Assembly (NCBI GenBank): GCA_051294375.1
Contig: CM119268.1
Location: forward strand, 5,140,759-5,204,758
Direction of reading: 5' to 3'
Source: Paraspadella gotoi
Taxonomy: Eukaryota; Animalia; Chaetognatha
DNA length: 64,000 nucleotides
The position numbers and the translations under genes are program-made. The first letter of the stretch is position 1; each line of letters begins with the position of its first letter. The notes beneath the pieces were generated by a model. It ran no database searches and was not told the origin of the DNA. It worked only from the letters and a program-made list of their open reading frames with translations. Below, piece by piece: positions 49,670-62,301 of this stretch.

Positions 49670-52600
49670 CGAGAGAGAGAGAGAAGAGAGAGAGAGACGC
49701 CACCTGGTACTCCATGAGAAAAATTATAAAAAAATAATTTCGAAATACAAAAGACATCACCCGCGGCAGCGCGCACAGTAGCGGCGAAACATGAAACAAA
49801 ATCAACGCATATTAGCAATATATGGCAAACAAAAACTAAATGCCACACGTGGAGAATTCTTGCTGATGACTGAAAAAAAAGGTTGACGAGTTTCATCGAG
49901 TTTTTGAAAACGAAAAAAAAAAATTTGATAATTGATCTTGGAATTGAAACGAGAGGGAGAGATAGAGGATGCTTTTGCAATTAGAGGGCGGATGAGCGAC
50001 CTATCAGATGTTTTGCTATTTCATTTGTCGTTCCAGATGGGTATAGGCGAGAACATTCAATTCATTCCAGTACGTATGTCAAGTCTGTTAAAATTTCGCT
50101 CATTGTCTTCCATTCATTCATCGCTTGTCATCTGTACTCTCCCAATTGGTAAGTAAATTGATATGCATTGCTTGAAGAATTTTCTTNNNNNNNNNNNNNN
50201 NNNNNNNNNNNTTAATGATTTTTTTTAAATAAATCTATTACAATCAGTGAATATTTAAGATAGTTGAACGGTAAATCTTTTAACTTCTTTTTATCCTCCA
50301 TGTCGCCATAAACTTCACCATCCCGGAAGAAATGTCAAGTTTCTCATCGCCCACGATTGAACCCCGGACCTTGCGGACAAGATTCGACGGATTAATTAAA
50401 TGCGAGACTGAATTGCTGATTGTCTCAATTAGTTTTTATTCGTAATGAGAATCAGCTACTTCACATCTGGCGAATTTTTNNNNNNNNNNNNNNNNNNNNN
50501 NNNNNNNNNNNNNNNNNNNNNNNNNNNNNNNNNNNNNNNNNNNNNNNNNNNNNNNNNNNNNNNNNNNNNNNNNNNNNNNNNNNNNNNNNNNNNNNNNNNN
50601 NNNNNNNNNNNNNNNNNNNNNNNNNNNNNNNNNNNNNNNNNNNNNNNNNNNNNNNNNNNNNNNNNNNNNNNNNNNNNNNNNNNNNNNNNNNNNNNNNNNN
50701 NNNNNNNNNNNNNNNNNNNNNNNNNNNNNNNNNNNNNNGACCGACCTCCAGTGGAGAAATCTGAAATTCTAACCGCCTACGAAAATAAGAGAAAAAAGTA
50801 TTTTCATTTTTCTTTCTCTCTTTTATATTTTTTTTTTTATTGTTGCTTGTTTTTGTTCTTACTTATTTCTGCTCTGCTTCATTTGTCTAAATATTATTTT
50901 TTTTGTTATTCTTTCTTTCATTCCTCATTTCCTAATTTCCTAATTTATTAATTTCTGTCTCCCTTTCTTACTTCCCTTTCCTTCTTTATCTTCTATTNNN
51001 NNNNNNNNNNNNNNNNNNNNNNNNNNNNNNNNNNNNNNNNNNNNNNNNNNNNNNNNNNNNNNNNNNNNNNNNNNNNNNNNNNNNNNNNNNNNNNNNNNNN
51101 NNNNNNNNNNNNNNNNNNNNNNNNNNNNNNNNNNNNNNNNNNNNNNNNNNNNNNNNNNNNNNNNNNNNNNNNNNNNNNNNNNNNNNNNNNNNNNNNNNNN
51201 NNNNNNNNNNNNNNNNNNNNNNNNNNNNNNNNNNNNNNNNNNNNAAGATCGCATATCTTTTCTGTCCACTCTGTTTGAATTTCTCCTCATCAGTTTTATC
51301 GGTGAAGCGAAAAAAAGAACCTGATGTCGACAGGATTGCTGCTGCTGCCACTGCTGTTGCCGCGGCTAAACTGCTTCTGCTGCAATTAGTATTTATACTA
51401 ATATAATTAAGATTTAAAATGTATATTAACTGGCATTGAATGCTTATTTCCTAAAACAAAAATGAGGGATATTCGAACAATGGTTTTGCATGAAAAATAT
51501 CAATATCATGTGACACAACGAAAAACGAAACGGATTTACGACCACCAATGCATAAAATATAAAAGTACGATTTTGCTTGGCTCTAAAACCCTATATTACA
51601 TAAAATAAACTTTCTGAAATGTATTATTTCGAGATCGTTAATTTACCATTATAGTGCTTTAATAAAATAGGTAAACATTTTGAGAAAACTTGAATAACCA
51701 TAAGATAAAAATAAACCAATAAAAGTAAATATTTAAAATAAGATAATTTTAAATTAAATATAAGTATTATTAAAATTATTAATTAAACAATATTAATAAT
51801 AATATAAAATAATAGTTATATAATTATAATAAATTTATACATTTATAGAAGCACAAGCTTGAAAAGCAGGAATTTAGTGATTAGTCTTAATCTTATCCAT
51901 GTACCATTCTAATAACACGACTTTATACTTACATTAAATGATAAATCAAATAATTGAAAATATTTTTCTCCTTCAACTAAAACAAAATTAAAAAAAAGTC
52001 TAAAAGTTAAAACGCTAAAAACTGAAAAAGCTTAAACATCGTCAACTCATTCGAATAAATTTCTTTAGTATATAACATATAGATAAGTGAAAAAGATCCA
52101 ATTCCAGATATCACAGAATCAATTGATTTAGTTACATAATATGTTACAGTCTAATAAACATTACTAATGAATAGTAAAATACATATTGGACTTCATTGAA
52201 TCATTTTTTGTATTGAGGCAAATTGAACCGGAACTCTATTCTTGACCATTTATATATATAACTGTTTTCTATCTAATTTGTTTAATATTCTGATTCATAA
52301 TTTTGTAAACACGTATTATAAGATAAAAGTAGTTTATCAAATCAAACAGAGAACACTTGTGTGAGAGGAGAAACTTAACTTCCAAATTTTAAAGAATTGG
52401 CTGTTTGTTTTATAATCCAAATTTAACAATCAAAACTCGCGTATATGTTTAGATAGTCCAAACATGCTCAACTCTAATAATAAAATTAATCAAAACTTGT
52501 GTCTGTAAACATTGATAGCATGGGCTTTACTTAATTTCTTCAACTCAACCAATATTGAAAAGTCAGAAGTAAACAAATTATTGATTCAAAAATGCTCAAA

Positions 52601-52949
52601 AACATAATGATAATATTTTAATTGATTAACAACAAGCGAATGAAAGCCTATGAAATTAGTCCGAAAATGTCCATTTTTAGGTAAAAACATTATTGTCGTT
52701 ATTGCTTAACCATTAAAAAGTTATTATTTGTCTCTAATCAGGACAAAACAAAATAGCACCGAATAATACCAATGACTAAAAACTCAAAAAAATCCGAGAT
52801 AATTTTATATAAAATTAAAAAAAGGTTGCCTTGGAATGCTCACAAAACCCTCAGTACATCTGAATTATATTAGACCTTGATTGAAGTAGATTTATTAAAT
52901 GAAACTATAGTACATGGAAAAGCCTTTATAATTATGTCGTTAAAAGCCC

Positions 52950-55900
52950 GTCCGTCACGTCGTTTAACGTCAACCGTCGTCGTCGTAGATCATCATGTTC
53001 AGTCGTCTTTCGAATCATTCCTCGACCTCACGTCCATCTCGTTAACCGCACGTCAGAATGTATTCTCCATTCCATGGATAGCACTTGGGTCGTCAGTCAT
53101 CGTCTTCAGATAACATTACCGTTGCGTCGGTGTCATCATTGTCATCGTCTTAGCTGGTCGTCGTTCTCATCGTCGTCGTCTTCGACCTCGTGTTCCCCCA
53201 CCAAGCGAGTGCAGAGATGTATCTCCATTTGACGTAAAATCAGTTTCTTTGTCGCCATCGTCGCTCTCGTCGTTCGTCCCGTCACTTCGTCGTCAGTTTC
53301 TCTTTGAAAACCGTTTCCTGGAACGCCCATCATATAGCAGTAGTTTGATCTGTCGCGTCTGTCGGATCGAATCTGTTGGTCGGTCTGTCTGTTCGGTCAA
53401 GAGGTCAACGATCCTCGGTCAAACATCAAAGACGACGCCGACGACGCGCGGCTTCACTCAGAAAATGAAAGGAGTGACGTGACTTAAACGTCGTCGGTCG
53501 TACCGTCCGTCGTCGTCTTCCTCGTCACGGACACTGACCCTTTGCGACGGGTCATTGGAAGATATCGGGGAGATGACGAATCGCGAACGTTCTTCTTCTC
53601 GTCGTCCGTCAGTCCACGTCGATCGTCCCCGTCGTCGTCGTCTGTTAGTCCGGGCCCCCCACCTCGGCCGTCTCATGCCTTCTTTATTCATGAGGACGGA
53701 ATCTCCTTGGTGAAATTTTTTTTTTTTTTCGGGGGGGGTGGGGGGGGGGGTCGGGGGAAAACGAACTTTGAGCAATCAGAGAAAAAGTACCAAGCAAAAA
53801 GTATTTGAGCTTGGTTGATTTTAGAAAAAGAGCCGAGGAAGAACGAAGCGATGCTACTTATTTCAGTTCAGATTTGTATAAATATGTCAACGCAGGTACA
53901 TTAGGCATGACACTTAGTGCTATAAATTACACAGGCATTCCTTTAAAAATAAAATTTTTAATTAAATTTTAATAAATACAATCTGATTTAATCCCATGAG
54001 AATTTTTTTTTTTTCTAGCGGAAAAAAAGCACAGTCAAGCCACGTACATACTGATATTCACTACATACTTGAGAAAACGAAATTAAAATTCCAGATTTAA
54101 GAATTCCATTGCGATGCGAGATCTGTTCCCCAGTTCTCATCGCATGATTCGGAAAAGTGTCTATTTCGTTCGAAATATTTATTATGCCATGCTACTGTTT
54201 CAAAAATTTTATTCCAATGGGACATCAATCAAGCCAGTTTACCTATAGTCATGGTTTTGAAATTATTAAATTATCACGTGAATTTTCGAAAACAAAAAAA
54301 ATAAACTAATTTCTCTTTCGTTTTGCCAAAAAAAAAAAAAAAAAAAGGAATCGGCTTTTTGGCTTCGAATCCAAGAGTCGCGCTGCCGACCGTTTCCATT
54401 ACGTCCCAAATATAGCAAATGAGGATTTCGGTTTGGTTGGAAACACCGTGGAGGTAAGAGTGGAGGGAGGACGGCGGGGGATTAGTGGCGATTAACTAAG
54501 GAGCGCGGCCCGAAATGAAGTGATCGAAGGGGTGAGTAGGTAAGGCGGGTTAAGTGGGAAGTAAGGGGGTGATGGGAATAGGGGGGTGCGAGATCTCGTG
54601 CGGGTCAAGGAAATCACTTTTATCATCTAGAAAAAGTATCCTAAATAGTGAATACTAATCTATATTTTATTTTTTTATTTTTTTACTACTTTAGTTATCC
54701 CGGTCAGCACATTTTTGTTATTTTCACATCCAGCGCGAGCGGGCCCGATGTTTCATGCCCTAATATCTCATGTCAGAATGGTAGTATTCCGATGTAATAG
54801 TATAACTCAATTTAGGTTTGGCTTTTTTTTGGGTCGGTCCAGTCGTTATGTTCGGTCTGTCGGTCTGGTTGATCGTTTATCTGATCGTTAAACGATTGTC
54901 TTGATCTTAAAATTCGGTCTATAAATGACGGTGTTGATGACGACGACGACGATTATGACGAACGACGATGAAAACGTTTTAAAACTTTAGTCACTTGGAT
55001 GAAACAGACAGTCTTAACATCATGAAGGAGAAAGAGGAGGAGAGAAGAGAGAGAGAGAGAGAGAGAGATGAGAGATAGAGAGAGACGAGAGGAGATGATT
55101 CGGGTTTTGATGGGATGATTTTAGATTGAGAGTTATTTGATGATTGAGTTTAGATGTGGTGAAGAGTGATAAGTGTAGAGAGATTGCCTTTCGTTTCCTT
55201 GTCATGTTATTTGGAGCGCAGATTTTATTCATTAAATAGGAAATTATAAAATTATAGTCTGTTATATTTTATTGATCGTTAATTTTTAGGAAGGATGAAT
55301 TGTGTTGGTGTTTTATTTATAATAAGTAATGTAACTATTTCTGTTTGTGTTGGTTCATTTTGCTTCGTCCGTCCTGGTCCTTTCGAATTTTTTACTCTCG
55401 ACTGTCCGTGTATAGGCAGCGAGTGGTCAAGTTAGTTTCCTTCATTATCGGTGAACTTTTAAATTGTTAGGTCAGAACCGATTTAAACGTAGTCTGAAGA
55501 ATTTAACAGAGATATAAGGAGAAAGTAAACGAAGAACAATCTGTTGTTTCGTTGTCGTTTGTTGTTGTTGTTGTAACTTTCGAACTTTGAACATTTTGCG
55601 AAAAGCAGAAGGAAGGCCGTTTCGGTCTTTCGCCGAATCCTTCCTAGTTCGCCAACTCATCGCAGCGTTCTCCAGATCTATCTGTGTTCAGCAATCTTAT
55701 CGCGTCCTTCAAATCTATCTTTGTTCTGCAATTCTTTCCGCGTTCTCCAAATTTATCTGGTGTCTCAGCAAAAGATCTATGCCCGCTTCTCCAAATCTAT
55801 CTGTGTTCAGCAAATCGTTATACGCAAATCGTCACGCTTCCCGAATCCATCCATGTTTGCAAAAAAATCATCCCATTCGCGTTCGCCGAATCCATCTCAC

Positions 55901-56262
55901 GTTCGAAAATCCTTTCGCTTTCGCTGACCCATCTGCGTCGGCGTAAATCCACCGCATAAAGAAATCAATTCGTTTGGCCAAATATATACTCTAATATTGA
56001 AAGGAGGTTTAGAATGAGGCTGGAGCGGCGAGCGACAACAAACACAACAAAACAACAACAACAACAAAAAAGATCAAATCGATTGATTCGTTTTCGTGTT
56101 CTCAGAAAAAGAAAAGAACAAAAAACCATAATTATTAAAGTAAGCAGAAAAAATCATATTCTTTCATGATCCTAACGACTTTCTCAATTTCACGTTAATT
56201 AACCATACAATTTATTTTTTTTTGTATCGATTCTTTTACTAACCTCTCCTCTCTCTCTCTCT

Positions 56263-56305
<43 letters not shown>

Positions 56306-59300
56306 ACAAACTTACNNNNNNNNNNNNNNNNNNNNNNNNNTAAACTTTAAATAATCGTTTGTAAGTGTTTAAAATTTTCAAACAAAAATCATCATTTTCC
56401 TTAAACTAAAGAATTATGAACCACGAATCGACTCTTAACTTTGAATACATATTAACCGAATACCAAATAATCCTCCCTCTCCTCGAGGAAACAAAATAAA
56501 GAAAGAAAGTTTTACAAGANNNNNNNNNNTTTTTTTTTTTAGATTTCGACGGACGAGGAAAAGAGAGAAGGAGAGAATGAGCGAAGGAGGTGGGACCACA
56601 CAAGATAAAATAACGGATCAACTCGAAGGGATTGTGTTTTCGCCTAGATAAGAACAGATGACGAATACCGGACAGAAGAAGAGAGAGAGAGATAGCGGTT
56701 AAAATATAAGCTCATTGTGCACTGAGTCGAAAATTGGGATATTGAAGAGCAACAAAAAATACAGAGAGCAGAGAGTCAGAGGAGAGAAGAAAATGAGGAG
56801 AAGTGGAGAGAGACGAGACGAGACGGAGATAAATTCGACGACGAGAGAAAGAGAAAAGAGAGAGAGAGGTTAATTAAAAGAATCGGATTACAAAAAAAAA
56901 TTGTTATGTTAATTAAGTGAAATTGAGAAGTCGTTAGGATCATGAAATGAAATATTATGTTTTCTTCTTATTTAATATTTATGGTTTTTTGTTCTTTCTT
57001 TTTCTTGAGAAACGAAAACGAATCATCGATTGATCTTTTTTTGTTGTTGTTGTTGTTTTGTTGTTGTTGTCGTCGCCGCTCCAGCCTCATTTCTAACCTC
57101 CTTTCCATATTAGAGTATATATTTGGCAAACGAAATTGATTTCTGTTTATGCTGTGGATTTAGCGAACGCAGATGGGTTCAGCGAAAGCGAAAGGATTTT
57201 GCGAACGTGAGTGGATTCGGCGAACGCGAATGGGATGAATTTTGCAAACATGGATGGATTCGGGGAACGTGGATGGATTTGCGTATAGATTTGCTGAACA
57301 CAGATAGATTTGGAGAACGCGGATAGATTTGCTGAACACAGATAGATTTGGAGAACGCGGATAGATTTGCAGAACAAAGATAGATTTGAAGAACGCGGAT
57401 AGATTTGCTGAACACAGATAGATTTGGAGAACGCGGATGAAGTTGGCGAACTAGGAAGGATTCGGCGAAAGACCGAACGGCCTTCTTTTGGCTTCGTCAT
57501 AAATGTTCTCAGAGTTCGAAAGGTTACAACAACAACAAAAACGACAACGACAACAGATTGTTCTTCGTTTTATTCTCATTTTATTCTCGTTTTATTCTTT
57601 CGACTTCGTTTTTATCGGTTTGACCTTTCGCACGTTCACGTTTTGGTGGAATTCACAACTTGACTCGTCTCTCTCTTCACGTGAAAAGTCGAGAGGTAAA
57701 AAATCGAAAGGAAGGGACGACGACAAAATGAGACCCACACAAAAGCCGATGAATAGTATAATTACTTATTATGATATTATTATCCTTACAAACATTATCA
57801 TCACTCAATAAAATTAAAAATTATTTACTTGCTTTTTTTTTCTNNNNNNNNNNNNNNNNNNNNNNNNNNNNNNNNNNNNNNNNNNNNNNNNNNNNNNNNN
57901 NNNNNNNNNNNNNNNNNNNNNNNNNNNNNNNNNNNNNNNNNNNNNNNNNNNNNNNNNNNNNNNNNNNNNNNNNNNNNNNNNNNNNNNNNNNNNNNNNNNN
58001 NNNNNNNNNNNNNNNNNNNNNNNNNNNNNNNNNNNNNNNNNNNNNNNNNNNNNNNNNNNNNNNNNNNNNNNNNNNNNNNNNNNNNNNNNNNNNNNNNNNN
58101 NNNNNNNNNNNNNNNNNNNNNNNNNNNNNNNNNNNNNNNNNNNNNCATAATCGTCGTCGTCGTCATCACCGTCATTTATCAGACCGAATTTTAAGAGTCA
58201 AAACAAATCGTTAACGAATCAGATAAAACGATCAACAGACCGACAGACCGACATAACGACTGACCGACCCAAAAAAAAGCAAACCTAAATTGAAGTTATA
58301 CTATGTACATCGGAATACTAGCCATTTGACATGAGATATTGGGCATAAGACATCGGCCGCTCGACTGATGTGAAAATAACAAAAAATGTGCTGACCGGGA
58401 TACTAAAGTAGTAAAAAAATAAAAAATAAATATAGATTAGTATTCACTATTAGGATACTTTTCTAGATATAAAAGTGAATTTCNNNNNNNNNNNNNNNNN
58501 NNNNNNNNNNNNNNNNNNNNNNNNNNNNNNNNNNNNNNNNNNNNNNNNNNNNNNNNNNNNNNNNNNNNNNNNNNNNNNNNNNNNNNNNNNNNNNNNNNNN
58601 NNNNNNNNNNNNNNNNNNNNNNNNNNNNNNNNNNNNNNNNNNNNNNNNNNNNNNNNNNNNNNNNNNNNNNNNNNNNNNNNNNNNNNNNNNNNNNNNNNNN
58701 NNNNNNNNNNNNNNNNNNNNNNNNNNNNNNNNNNNNNNNNNNNNNNNNNNNTTTTTTTTTTTTTTGTTGGCAACGAAAGAGAAAATTAGTTTATTTTTGT
58801 TTTCGAAATTCACTGATAATATTAAAATTTAGAAACCATACTTTAGTAACTGCTTGTACCAATTGATTTCCATGGATAAAATTTTTGAAAAGAGTAGCAA
58901 TGGCAATGAAATATCTTCGAACGCAAATTCAAACACTTTTCCGAATAGATAGATAGAACTGGGGAACAGATCTCGCATCGCAATGTAATTCTTTATCTGG
59001 AATTTTATTTCGTCTTTTCTCAAATATGTATGAATATCAGTATTACGTGGCTTGACTTGCTTTTCTTCCGATTTGAAACAAAAATTATGATGATTAAATT
59101 CAGATTGTATTTAATTAAAATTTAATTAAAAATTTTATTTTAAAGGAATCCTGTTAATTTAAGCACAAGAGTCATGCCTTTGTTAACTGCTTGACCTATT
59201 TATAAAACTGAAATAAGTAGCATCGCTCGGTTTTCCCTCGGCCTCATTTCTAAAATTCAAACCAAGCTCAAATATTTTGCTTGGTACTTCTGATTGCTCA

Positions 59301-59377
59301 AAGTTCGTTTTCCGAAAAAAAAATTTCAAAGGAGATTCCGTCTCATGAATAAAAGAAGAGAGACGCGAGGCCGGACA

Positions 59378-59408
<31 letters not shown>

Positions 59409-59990
59409 AGAACGATCGCGTTCTCCCGATATCTTCCAATGACCTCGCAAAGGGTCAGTGTCCGTGACGAGGACGACGACGACGACGACGACGACGACGT
59501 TAAGTCACGTCACTCAATTTTGAGTGAAGCGCGCGTCGTCGGCGTCGTCTTTGATGTTTGACCGAGGATCGTTGACCTTCTTGACCGACAGACCGACCAA
59601 CAGATCGACCGACAGACCGACAGATCAAACTACTCTAATGATGGGCGTCCAGGAAACGTCTTTCAAAGAGAAACTACGACGACGACGACGACGACGATGA
59701 CGATGGCGACAAAGACCAACTGATTTTACGAAATGGAGATACATCTCTGACTCGTTGTGGGCGACACGAGGTCGAAGACGACGACGATGAGAACGACGAA
59801 GACTAAGACGATGACAATGATGACAACGACAACGGTAATGACGAAGACGACGACGACGACCAAGTGCTATCATGAGATGGAAATACATTTCTGACGCGTT
59901 ACGGATGACGTGAGGTCGAGAATGATTCCGAAGACGACGATGATGATTACGACGACGACGGGCCCGACGACGTTGACGTAAACGACGACG
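52950..59990. repeat. Large imperfect inverted repeat, arms ~52950-56260 and ~56860-59990
   Basis: catgatcctaacgactttctcaatttcac (~56165) is the reverse complement of gtgaaattgagaagtcgttaggatcatg (~56917). Matches continue outward to ~52960/~59985. Confidence 0.9.
57285..57436. repeat. 38-bp minisatellite x4, a dimer of two 19-bp subunits (inverted copy at ~55665-55815)
   Basis: atagatttgctgaacacag + atagatttggagaacgcgg repeated. Confidence 0.92.
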
Positions 59991-61503
59991 ACGCTAACGA
60001 CAACGACGCTAACGACAACGACGCCCGGCATGGTGCGGAAGATCCGAGAAAACGATGTATGTTTCGTGATGAACAACGTGAAGGGCAGCGGACGAACATT
60101 GACGAAATTGCTCGTTTATGTCAACTGTCAATCCATCCTCATCTACCTGCGTCCGGCTCAGGACGGGCGATTTGTTGACGTTGACCAGTAAACGGACGTA
60201 AACGGATGCACGGACTGACGGACTGACATGCTAACAAAATCGACCAAAAAGCAAATAAATTCAGCACCTAATGCTATAGACAATCGCACCTCCTGGACAA
60301 TTAGGAGATAATCTAATGCTCAGACCATACATAATGAATCAGACTTTTTGAAACTTATATAAAATAATTTATCCGATATTTATTGAGTAAATAAAATAAA
60401 TATATTGCCCACTATACCTTTGGACCAGGGACAGTGATACTGAAGCTTAAGGCCTTTCATTATGTTATTACTTAAGATAATGAACAGTAAGACCCTTAGA
60501 CTTTTAATACCAAACAATCAGTTAAAATTACTATTCCATACCGTTTACAGAACAGTTTTCTTCAACTTGTTTCAATTGCGGAACATGATTGGACACGAAC
60601 CTTTTCCTTTTAATGATAGACAGGACTCAAATACGGATTAACTTCGAATGTGCATACGGGACTGACAATTCTTAAACGAACGCGAAGTTCAGGATGATTG
60701 CAGCATTTCGAGTTTCATCTTGCTTGATGCGCATTTCACGGAGATAGCGTAGATCCGTAGGGATAACGCCAAAAATTACGCTCTTCTCTCTCTCTCTCTC
60801 TCGTCTCTCTCTCTTCTCTCTCTCTCCTTCTCTCTCTTCTCTCTCGCTCTCTTCTCTCTTCTCTCTCTCTCTCTTCTCTGCCTTTTCAGTTTCTTGCCAC
60901 TTCGCTTCGCTGATTTCCTGCGTCGAATTTACGCCATTAGAAATATGAGTTTTGACCAATAGACGCATTCAGCTTTTAATTCCGTTCGTACCCTTTCAAA
61001 ACGAGTTGGTGAGGCATTTCTCCATCCTTATATCGGGATGCCAAAACCGTCGACGCCAATCAGCAGTTCGTAGAACCGGACTTTTCAATTGCAGTTTAAG
61101 AATGAGACTCAGACAGTTTAGTTTAAGATAGTTAATTTTTCGCTTAGAATATATGTCTTACATGAAAGTTGTATTTTTCCATATTTAGAGCAGAGAGAGA
61201 TCGTAGAGGAGAGAGAGGGACGAGTGAAGAGGAGAGAGAGAGAGGAGAAGAGAGAGAAGCAGAGTTAGAGACGAGAGAGAGACGAGAAAATATTAAATCA
61301 CTAATCTTCCCACTCAAATTAACACATATTAAGTCGTCCTACATACAATGAATAATAGGGAAAAAAATCTCTAAGCAAGCATTAATCGATTGACCTGTGA
61401 AAAACCGATGATTGATGTCGGATCGAAAAGCAATCAGTGACTCAACACAAACCAATCATCTGTTGAGTTGAATTGCGATTCCTTTCTCATCACCTGAATA
61501 AAC

Positions 61504-61558
<55 letters not shown>

Positions 61559-61639
61559 TTCCCAGCTTCTGTTGGTTTGTCTCTTTAATAATGTCATGGG
61601 ATCTCTTTATATCTGGCGCATATACTGGTATTATTCTGT

Positions 61640-62190
61640 ATTATTATAAACCGCTTCTTATAATGACCGCTATTTTTAAATTCTCAATTTATAAAGTTTG
61701 ATATTCATAAACGAAACCTTAATTTTTATCTTTCGAAATTTACTTATCATTCTCACCGTGCCCTCTCACGACTTCTTATCATAATCGCTATTTTTAATTA
61801 TTATTGCCACTTCTAATTGTGACCGCTACTTCTACTTGTTTATTTTTATTCTACTTGTTTTTATCATAATTGCTACTTTTATTTATAACTAATACTTTTA
61901 ATCATAAACGCTATGTATATTTATTACATCTTTTTCTAATCATACTTCTAAATCTAATCATGATAACGATTTGTAACCACGACCATTACTTTTAATTGTG
62001 ATCTCTACTTCTACTCATGACCATTACGTTTATTCATCACCGCTGCTCTTAATCATAACTGCTACTTTTTAATCATAATCAATACTTATAATCATAACTA
62101 CTTTTAATCATCACTGCAACTTTTAAATCATCACCGCTCCTTCGAATAATCACTGCTACTTCTAATAATCACTGCCACTTCTACTTCTAC
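61640..62190. repeat. Degenerate ~21-bp tandem repeat (ttttaatcataaccgctact-like)
   Basis: Recurring aatcat..c.gctactt units. Confidence 0.65.
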
Positions 62191-62267
62191 TCCACTTGAA
62201 CACTCCCCGATCCTCACTCTCTCTCAAACGCAGACTTTCCGATTTCACAGCAGGAACTTTTCTTTTG

Positions 62268-62301
<34 letters not shown>

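Noticed and set aside
50340-50430. Minus-strand tRNA (ggtccggggttcaatc, B-box-like)
   Set aside because: No cloverleaf or clear A-box; at most a decayed tRNA-derived SINE head beside gaps.
60000-61500. Unique-looking sequence as a novel element (also 29040-29460, 38156-38640, 51400-52900)
   Set aside because: Lies next to gap-fill junctions and shows degraded microsatellites typical of low-quality read tails; no ORF or structure to support a call.
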